This document shows positions 55,286-64,000 of a stretch of DNA of 64,000 bases, piece by piece. Below the pieces are notes generated by a model, which saw nothing but the letters and a program-made list of their open reading frames with translations, ran no database searches and had not been told where the DNA came from. Source of the stretch: Vitrella brassicaformis CCMP3155 (lineage: Eukaryota; Protista; Chromerida); assembly GCA_001179505.1 (NCBI GenBank), contig CDMY01000445.1, positions 11,521 through 75,520 on the forward strand. The letters are read 5' to 3'. A program made the translations under genes and the position numbers. Every line of letters begins with the position of its first letter. Position 1 is the first letter of the stretch.

Positions 55286-58200
55286 ATGCAGCGCACCTTT
55301 CGTGGCTGCAGCGGCGAGAGCGCCAGTCGGATGCCGGTTCCTGATGTGGAGGTGAGAAAGGACAGGACGCCGGGCTCGGATTACATTCATCCCTTGATGT
55401 GCTGATGTCACGAGTTGCGTGTGTGTGCAGCCTTCTGGATGGGCGTCCATGTTCAGTGCTCGTGTGGCGTCTGCTGAGGAACTACGAAAGCAGGTAGACG
55501 AGGGGCAGTCGACACGTCGCCACGTCATCCACTCCCGCCCTCCTGTCTGTGAATCTGCCTGCAGCTTCAGGAGGAGCGCGAGAGGCACGCAAAGGCGGAA
55601 GAGGACATGGCAAAGGACATGTAGGGAGGGAGGGAGGGAGGGGAGATGAATCACGAGAATGCCTGCACGGCACCTTCCTGCGTTCCATCTCAGGAAGGCG
55701 GCGCTCGAGGAAATGAATGCAGAGGTACTTACATGACATGAGGGGACAGGCACCGGTAGGTACATCAGAGACCTGCTCCCGTCTGCCTTCAGCACGACCA
55801 GGAGATCCAGACCAGAAGCCAACCTGCTGAGGAACTACGAAAGCAGGTAGTCGAGGGGCAGTCAAGGCGGTACACACACACGTCGCCACGTCATCCACTC
55901 CCGTCTTCCTGTCTGTGAATCTGCTTGCAGCTTCAGGAGGAGCGCGAGAGGCTGACAGACATTTAGGGAGGGAGGGAGAGGGAGGGGGGGAGGGAGGGAG
56001 AGGGAGGGAGGGGAGATGAATCACGAGAATGCCTGCACGGCACCTTGTTGCGTTCCCATTTCAGGGAGGCGTTGCTCATTAAGAAGGACACAGAGGTAGG
56101 TACTTACATGAGGGGACAGGCACCGTTACATCATAGACCTGTCCCCTTCCTGTCTGCCTTCAGCACAACCAGAAGATCCAGACCATGAGCCAGAAAGCAG
56201 ACGCCGAAGCTGCGGAAAAAGCGGAGCTGTAGTAAGAGAGAAAGAATGACTGCAGCAGATCTTTATCAGTCATCGTCTGCTCCTTCTCAGACACAAGACG
56301 GTCTCGTCCCTCGAGCAGCGTGTGACTGACCAGACAGACGATTTCCTCCCTCGAGCAGCGTGTGACTGACCACGGAGAGTCCGAGTGGAACATGAAGCTC
56401 AAGCTCATCCGCTTGTGAGCCTCACCGACACACACACACACACACACACTGCCTGCATCATTGTGAGTGACCACCTTCCATCCACTTGCAGGGAGCGGGA
56501 GCTCAGGGAGCAGGAGCTGAAGCAGCAGAAAGGACTCGGCCACAAGCTTCTGCGATGGGGAGGGATGCGGTGCGCGATGGGGAGGGAGGGAGGGAGGGAG
56601 GGAGGCATGCTTGACATGTCACCGCTCCCCCACCCCTCCACCGTGTGTGTCAGCGCTCAGTCGGCCGTGTCGGCTACATCCACCCGCACTCGCATGACCA
56701 AGGACCCTGAGCAGGTGGTGTTCGTCATTGCCGACCGAGAGGACGGTCCCGTCCATACGTCCGGCCACGTTTACGCCATGCAGCCCGACACAAAGGAAAT
56801 CCACAAACTCGAAATCGTCGGCAGGGAGAGGGAGGAGGGAATACACCCAGGCAGGCAGGCAGGCAGGGATGTCCGTGTGGTGTGTGTGGCGCAGGGGTCG
56901 GTCAAGAGCGGCCAGCCCGGCGCGTCGTTTCGCGAGCCCAAGATGACCGACATAGCGATGGGGCCCGACGGAGGCCTGGTGCTCGGTGTCAACGGCGACG
57001 TGTACAGATTTGGTGGGCGGGGCGGGCGGGACACACAGCGACGGACGGTGTGTATGTGTGTCTGTGTGTGGTGCTGTGGTGGTTTCTCGCGTCAGATGCC
57101 GCTCTGTCTTCGATTCTCGGTGCTGCACAAACACGTACCATTCCTCACCCTACCATGTGTGTGCCGCCCGGTGTGTGCGTCTTGTCTTCCCTCTGCACTG
57201 CAGTGAAGGTGCCCGAGCTGCGCCTCAAGATGATCAAGGTCAAACATGCACTGCACTCAACAAAAGCCCAGACACAGATGGTACCAAAGGCCCTACTTGT
57301 GCGTGTGGTGCTCGTCGCGTGTGTCAGATCGCCTGTGGTGACAATCACTGCGCGGCACTGTCGCAATTCGGCGCGTTGTTCCACTGGGGCGCGTACAAGG
57401 TGGGCGACCAAACATACCACACACCTCACACACCCCACACACCCCACACCCCCACACACACGAGTGTATGCTGTCATGTCAGTATCTGGCGAGCCAGGGC
57501 AAGTCCGGCTTCCGGCGTTCGTGCGTCGTCGTCCAGGGCCTGCCCCCCGACATGTCCGAGCAGAAGCTACTCGAATTCCTCTCGAAGAAGCTCACCAAGG
57601 GCGGCTTCTTCTCGACGCTGCGAAGCTGCCAGATCGAGGCACCAGGGTGAGTGAGTGAGTGAATGAGTGGATGGGTGGGTGGCGAAAGACACAAACAACG
57701 CTTAGATCGATGGATGGCTGGTTCTCTCTTTCGTTCAGGTCTGCGGAGCTGTGGTTTCAGGATGACTCGGTGTTGAATGACGTGGCCGTCATCCTGGACG
57801 GCACCATATACAAGACGCATCAGGGAGTCCCCTTCCCCTTCGACGACGAGGAGGTGAGGTGGCCACCGACACACCGACAGATGGATGGATGGATGGATGG
57901 AGCCACACCTCTCTCTGTGCGTGTGTTTCGTGTCTGTGTCTGTGTGTGTCTGTGTGTGTGTGTGGCCAGGAGAACCGTCTGCGGTCGTGGGTGAAGTCCG
58001 TTACTGTGCCGTACCAGGACACCCCCTTCATGGGGCTGGCAAGCGTCGCAGGGAAGCCCATTGTCGATCTCGTCGCAGGCCGCAACCACATTGTCATGCG
58101 CACCGAGATTGGACTCGTAAGCACCTCACCTCACCGCAATACAAGACGACGCTACACAAGACCCATGTCGCTCCTTCTTGGTGGTCGTTCTTGATGCAGG

Positions 58201-59567
58201 TCTGTGTGTTGGGCAGTGGCGAGCTGGGCCAGCTGGGCAGGCCCCCGTACACCAGATTGCACGACTGGAACCTCTTCCCAGAAGTATTCGACCTCAACGA
58301 AAGTAGCATCCGCTTGTAAGCGGGAGGGAGGCAGGCAGGGAGAGAGGGAGAGAGGGAGAGGGGTATGTGTGTGTGTGTGTGTTTGTGTGTGTGTGTGAAG
58401 CATCAAGAATGAGGAGGACGTCCCTGGCAAGATCGTCAAGGTCCACGCGTCACACGACAACACCATTCTGAGCGTCCAGCACGGCGACCAAATCGACAAC
58501 TATGTGTACACACCGACACATACCGACACACACCACACCCAACGAACCGACACACAGACACACATGGCAGGTGTGGGCCCAACGACGAAGGGCAGGCTGG
58601 AGTTGGATACAAGAGCGACATCCTCACGAGATTCACCAAGATGGTGCCACTCGCCGGCGTAGACGTACGTGCAAACACGCTATGCACCCATGTATATGTA
58701 TGTGTATGTGTGTGGGGGTGCGGTGCAGATTGTTGACGTCACGGGGGACAGTTCCAGCAAGGTCGCGCGAGGGGCTGATGGCTACCTCTACTACTGGGGC
58801 AAAGGTGCGTACGCACGGCATGGCACACCAGTGGTGTGGATGTATGTGTGTGTGTGTGTGTGTGTGCGACTGTCCAGGCATTGGCCCTTATGGTGCGTTA
58901 GTGACCGAGTTGACGCCCAAGAGGCTGAAGCTCTTGGTGGGGCAACACACCCAAACACACCCACACCCACACCGACACCCACACAAACACGTAGATAGGG
59001 CAGACGCATATATACTTCCTTCTGTGGGTGCGGTCCGTGTATCAGGGTGGAGGTGGCGACCAGTTTTGCAGTATTGGTGCCGGTGCTGGCCTCAAGATGG
59101 CCACTAACGCCCAGGGAGACCTCTTCGCCTGGTACGCGCGAAAACACACGCACACACGTACGTGCCAGCATCCATCTGATGTGTGTGTGCGGCAGGGGCA
59201 CTATTGACTACGGCATATATCGCGTCGACAAGCCCAAGGAACTCTCAATAGTCAAGGTACGTACGTACAGACCCCCGTGCCATCGATCCTCTGTGTCACC
59301 ATCAATCAGGCCGACGCTACAAAGACCGACCTACCTGTGGGTACTGGTGGGACAGGTGCGCTCTCACGGACAGACAGACAGGCAGACAGGCAGACACACA
59401 CAGACAGCTCTCGGCATGTGCCTGCATCAGGGTCACTGTCGGCCTCTGCTGCCGAGACGCCTCGCCCGTCATCCCGCCCTAACATCACAGGGGTCTTCCG
59501 CCGCCTCCGCAGCATGACGCGAGCCTCGACCAGCAGCAGTTCGGCCACCATCGAGCAGCTCCCATGA
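55286..59567 (+). CDS. RCC1-repeat (beta-propeller) protein with an N-terminal coiled coil and an internal RRM-like domain; more than 20 small exons
   Basis: RCC1-like blades: IAMGPDGGLVLGVNGDVYRF, IACGDNHCAALSQFGALFHWG, LVAGRNHIVMRTEIGLVCVLGSGELGQLG, ARGADGYLYYWG. Exons chain in frame via GT-AG; stop at 59565-59567. Confidence 0.75.
55471..56185 (+). repeat. About 353-bp tandem duplication of a three-exon/three-intron cassette inside the RCC1-repeat gene
   Basis: Both units begin ctgctgaggaactacgaaagcaggtag (55471 and 55824) and share intron sequence such as cacgtcgccacgtcatccactcccg and gagatgaatcacgagaatgcctgcacggcacctt. Confidence 0.92.
56307..56372. repeat. 26-bp direct repeat in an intron
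   Basis: tccctcgagcagcgtgtgactgacca at 56307 and 56347. Confidence 0.85.
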
Positions 59568-60119
59568 CTGTCGACTACATTACATGGCATTCCATTGCAT
59601 ACATCACACGACTGGGTGGGTGGGTTGGGAATAGGTAGATAAGAGGGTGACGACATGGGCTGAGTATGCAATCGGACGGTGGGAGGGAGGGAGGGAGGGA
59701 GGGCGGGATGGACTGGCCAGCCGGGAGTGTGGGTGTGAGTAGTTGGTGGATTGACCCGTGTACAGGCAGACTCTGGCTGGCTGGTTGGTTGACAGGAATG
59801 CGTGACTGTGTGTGTGTGCGTGTGTGTGTGGGTTGACGTCGGTGCAGACTCTCGCACCTGTCCTTCTGGGTGAAGATATGATAGTCTCCTTCTACGGCTG
59901 GTCAACACATCCATCCATCCATCCATTCATTCTCTAATGAGTCACGGATCGGAAGCAAACACTCAAATATAGTGGATGGATGGATACCAAACATACAAAA
60001 CCCGTACGTACACGGTGTCTGCGCCTCAACATAACGGTATCTCTGTGTGCGCATGCTGGATACGTACATACACAGCTGTATATCGACATACACACACACA
60101 CACACACGCGCGTCATTCC

Positions 60120-61963
60120 TCAGTCCGAGGTAGCAAGGTAGACGCCGCTTACGAACCTGAAACCGCACAGACAGAGAGGAAGAGACAGCTGTTGATGCCA
60201 GCCAACCAACCAACCAACCAATCAGTGCCAACACACGGAGCTCGCTCACTTACGCCTTGACGACGTCCACTTTCGGCCCACCCTTGAGGAATGGCAGGCC
60301 CTGGGCACACGCAGACAGGCATGGATGGATGGATGGACGGGTCGGGTGTACGTGTACGTGTACCAGCAACTGGTCTGCAGAGAGGCGCATGTGCGGTTCC
60401 GTCTGCACACTGCAAACAAGACACCACGCGAGAACACGGCTAGCGTCTCCGTTGCCGCCACGTGTGTACATACCATGCGTCGATGACGTCCCGCAGGTCG
60501 GCGTCGAAGGTCTCGTCCAACCGGGCTGGAGGCTCTGATCATCGAGTACGCATGCATTGAATGTCTGCTGGCGTGGGTGCACTGCACCCGACTTTCTGGT
60601 CTGCATACCTTCGCTGCCGAGCGACGCCTCGCGCACCTCCACGACGCTGCTCTGAGGCGGAATGGCCGGCTCCTGACAGACACGCAAACAGCACCCCAAT
60701 AACCAGCCGCTCGCTTTGTCTGAGTGTGTGTTGGTGCGGCACGTACCAGCTTGACCAACTCATACAGGACCAGCCCGATCGACCATATGTTAGCCGACAT
60801 GCCGTACTTCCGCCCAAGCACTCTCTCAGGGCTCCTGCGGCACACACACACACACACACACATACATCAACCACCACCACCACCACCACCAGCAGCACGT
60901 TCGTCACGTACATGTAGACTTTTGTGCCAACGAAGGTGTGGTCCATCGAGCTGACGCTCTTGGCGATGCCGAAGTCGGTGATCTTGACATATCCTGCAGT
61001 GCAGTGCAAAACATGCGGGTGGGCTCGTACGTCATGGGTTGGCTCTATGTGGCTCGGTTACCGTCCGAGTTGATGAGTATGTTGCCGGGCTTGATATCCC
61101 TGTGTATGATGCCTTTGTTGTGCAGATGCCGCAGGCCAGACACCATCTGCACACACACACCAATGCACACGTGCGTTGGTTGTGTGTTGGTGTATGGATG
61201 CATTGTGTGTTGGGTGGGCACCTGGTAGGCCATTCCCTCCAGCACTTCCTTGGGTATGCTCTTGTTCTCCTCTCGGCACCGCTTGATGAGATCGGCCAGG
61301 CTGCCACGATTCATGTGCTCCATCACCAACCGCACCGTCGTCGCTGAGTGAAACACACACACACACACGCACACGCACACACGCACACACGCACACACTC
61401 ACACATACAAAGGACGTATTGCGTGCCGTTCCTGCCTGGCTACCTCCGTGTTGATAGGCGCTAATGAAGCCCACCAGATACTGCCCGCCCTTGGCACGGG
61501 CAAACCCCTGATGCGATACATTCACACCCACATACACTCACTCACATGAAGGCACTCAGCCCCGCCCCGCCCCGCCTACCGACCGTCAGATCTGACAGCA
61601 GCTGGTCGCGCTTTGCCTTGTCCTCTATCTTCATCTCCTGGACACACGGAAAGCCATCCATCCATCCACCCGTGCAGACAGGCAGGTGACTGGTCTTCTG
61701 TCGAGGTGTCGAAGACGGACCTTCACCGCGAGAAATTTGCCGGTGGGCTTGTGGCGGGCCTTGAACACCGTGCCGGAGACGCCGCGGCCGATGACGTCGT
61801 CCTCGCCAATCTGAAAGGCGGACGGAAGAGAACACAAGAGCGTATGGATGAACACGACTAGGCAAAAGGTGCTCACCTCTAGGTCATCTGGTGTGAAGGC
61901 GAACTCCTCTCCGTCGACTTGAGTGCCATCCCTGCCCACAGAGATGCCGGAAGCGTGCTGCAT
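60120..61963 (-). CDS. MAP kinase kinase (STE7/MEK-like); multi-exon; start may extend to about 62042
   Basis: IGRGVSGTVFKARHKPTGKFLAVK, LVMEHMNRGSLADL, HRDIKPGNIL, VKITDFGIAK, TFVGTKVYMSPER (the SPE and FVGT motifs typical of MAP2K), R-LSADQLLAHPFL. Stop TGA at 60120-60122. Confidence 0.88.
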
Positions 61964-62632
61964 CCCGCCTCGCCCATCACTGACATCATCGACTCACAGC
62001 ACAGTCAGGTCAGGTGACAGATCTTCATCCCTTCTTCCCATGCAGCGTATCTTACCCCCTCCACGACGGCACTACCGGGGCATTGTGCGCCTCTGAGCTG
62101 CCAGATTCGATGGGCTGGGGTCTCAGCTTCCTGACTCGAGTCCCAGGGCTCGCCGCCTCGCTCATCGCTGCTCAAAGAACGATTCTCCTCACCGATTCAT
62201 CATCCTCACCGACGAAAGGCGCAAAAAACATGCGCCGGATTTCGCAGTATAGTATCTATTTTTTCTTTTTATTCGCTTTCACAGAAGCACTAAAATATTT
62301 GCGAGAATTTTGAGACGGAGACGGCAAAGAGTCCGCGTGCCCTCTCTTACCGCACTCGCCACTGTCCCACACAAAGCTCTCTGCCCACCGCCGCTCAGCA
62401 CACACAGCCGTGCACAAGATATCCACACGTCTGTGAGCGTCGTCCCTCTCGACAGCCTGCCCGCCTTCCGCCAAGAAAAAAGAGATAAATTGGCAGTGCA
62501 GCGCAGCGCAGCGCAGCGCAGCCAGCGAAGGAGACCGTCAAGGAGGAGAGCCCACCGCTGACACAGACACGGCGATTCAGACACGGCGCGGGAAGCGTGT
62601 CACAGCTTTCACGAGAAGAGGAAGAAGAAACG

Positions 62633-63678
62633 ATGTCGTCGATGGAGGAGCACTACACATTGTTCGGGCTGGAGCCCAGTGCGTCCAACGATGAAGTCCG
62701 TCGCCGCTACTTCAAGTTGTCTCGGGTAAAAGGATGCACTGCAGTGCACTGCAGCCATGGAAATGGGGAGGAAAGAGAGACTAGGCTGCTTTGACTAAGC
62801 TGGTGGCCATGCGCTCACTCATTGTGCTGACCGTGTGCTGTGTGGGTGCGCAGGAGAACCACCCAGACAAGGGCGGCAGCACGGAGAAACAGAAGGAGAT
62901 CAACAACCACTACGCGGCCATCATGAAGGGGGCATGGAGTGGATGAGCAGGAGTTGCAATGGGAGAAGTTTGACGAGGTGGTGAGCAGATTCACTGGCCG
63001 CACCCAGCACAAAGCCAGCACACACACTCGACGATGCCCTGCATGCGGCGCATGGATGCTTGTTGTTGCATTGTTGACCCACAGATGGCGAGGCTGATGG
63101 CAAAGGAGGGGGAGTCCAATCTGGAGGCCTTCATCAAAGCCTCGAACGAGGAGATCAAAGCCTCGCGCGAGGAGGCGCACCTGACTCTGGCCTACCTGGT
63201 CATCGAGGGGGCTGAGGTGCAGGAGGCCATCGACGCCTACGCCGACCTCATCCTGCCGACAGAGGTGAAGAAGATGCTCACTTGGTTGAGAGGTTTGAGA
63301 AACTGCCCGCCCTCCTTTGCCCATGTTGGGATTCAGCAGCAGCGGCGGCGGCGATGCCAGGGTGAGGGAGGAGCTCGAAAAGCAGAGGAAAACCATGCAG
63401 GCCAAGGTACCAGATACAGGGAGGGATCTAGAGGCCGTGAGCATCACGCCTGGCAAATACTTGCATGTTCGTGGCTGCCTGTATCTATCGTATGTGTGGC
63501 TGCAGTTCAATGAGGAGCACGAGGCCCAATCCAGGGTGTGTGATGTGCATGGGGAGAAAGACGGACGAGAGGGAGAGAGGCGAATTGAATGCCCATTGGT
63601 TTCTCTCTGCTCAGGGTACTAGAGAAGGAGGCGGCAGAGCACGACAAGGCAGCGGCCAAGAAGGACATAGAGGCGGAG
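62633..63678 (+). pseudogene. J-domain protein paralog with an apparent frameshift (pseudogene or homopolymer error); 3' end unresolved
   Basis: MSSMEEHYTLFGLEPSASNDEVRRRYFKLSR|ENHPDKGGSTEKQKEINNHYAAIM, then TGA at 62944-62946. Removing one G from the G5 run (62928-62932) restores KGHGVDEQELQWEKFDE|MARLMAKE. Confidence 0.55.
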
Positions 63679-63769
63679 GTAGGAGGGAGGGAGAAAAGGA
63701 GAGGGGGAGGAAGGCGACAGCCAGACGTCCGCTGCCTGTCTGCTGGGGTTGAGAAAAGGCGAAGGAAAG

Positions 63770-64000
63770 ATGGACGAGTTTGACGAGGTTAGTAGAGCAG
63801 AGCACTGCGCAACCCTCGGCCTGCCTGAGGACGCGTCGACGGCGGAAATCACCAGAAAGTATCGGCAGCTCTCGAAGGTAGGCACTATCTCTGACGAAGA
63901 GGATCGCCCCATCCGTCCATCTGTCGTCTGCATGATGCAGGTGAACCATCCCGATAAAGGCGGTGACCCTGAAGTGCAAAAGCGCTTCGACATCGCGTAC
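63770..64000 (+). CDS. J-domain protein paralog, truncated by the window end
   Basis: MDEFDEVSRAEHCATLGLPEDASTAEITRKYRQLSK|VNHPDKGGDPEVQKRFDIAY; very similar to the 55-kb paralog. Confidence 0.75.
   Translation, partial: MDEFDEVSRAEHCATLGLPEDASTAEITRKYRQLSKVGTISDEEDRPIRPSVVCMMQVNHPDKGGDPEVQKRFDIAY

Noticed and set aside
62633-64000. The two 3' J domains as a single tandem-J protein
   Set aside because: I found no GT-AG junction that joins 63678 to the 63770 frame in phase. They are treated as separate loci pending cDNA.

Overview
Intron-rich, GC-rich eukaryotic DNA. Introns are short (about 50-250 nt), GT-AG, and full of (CA)n/(GT)n/(GACA)n/(GGAT)n microsatellites. A CDPK7-type kinase and apparent bipartite plastid leaders point to a photosynthetic alveolate, probably a chromerid such as Vitrella (inference). 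I spliced about 21 protein-coding loci by hand, so exon boundaries are approximate. Recognisable genes are 5-oxoprolinase (3' part), MRI1, a TruA-like protein, a tandem CCCH protein, an acylphosphatase-like protein, HPPK-DHPS, WDR12/Ytm1, an ABCC transporter, a TGS1-like methyltransferase, a RING protein, a secreted Trp-repeat protein, an ATM1-like ABCB half transporter, CDPK7, a Skp1-like protein, a gap-truncated HAD hydrolase, an RCC1-repeat protein and a MAP2K. There are also four small J-domain (DnaJ) paralogs and two 300-N assembly gaps. I recognised no rRNA, tRNA, CRISPR array or intact transposon. Four observations stand out. (1) A locally expanded J-domain family shares a coiled-coil plus Cys-rich tail module, which is also found downstream of a Skp1-like domain, and several copies carry frameshifts, including a compensating pair. 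(2) The decamer TGCGAGCT(C/T)A recurs in the short gaps between head-to-head gene pairs and is centred in two of them. (3) Many introns have a CA-rich 5' half and a complementary GT-rich 3' half. (4) Several proteins have degenerate active sites or unusual domain insertions.
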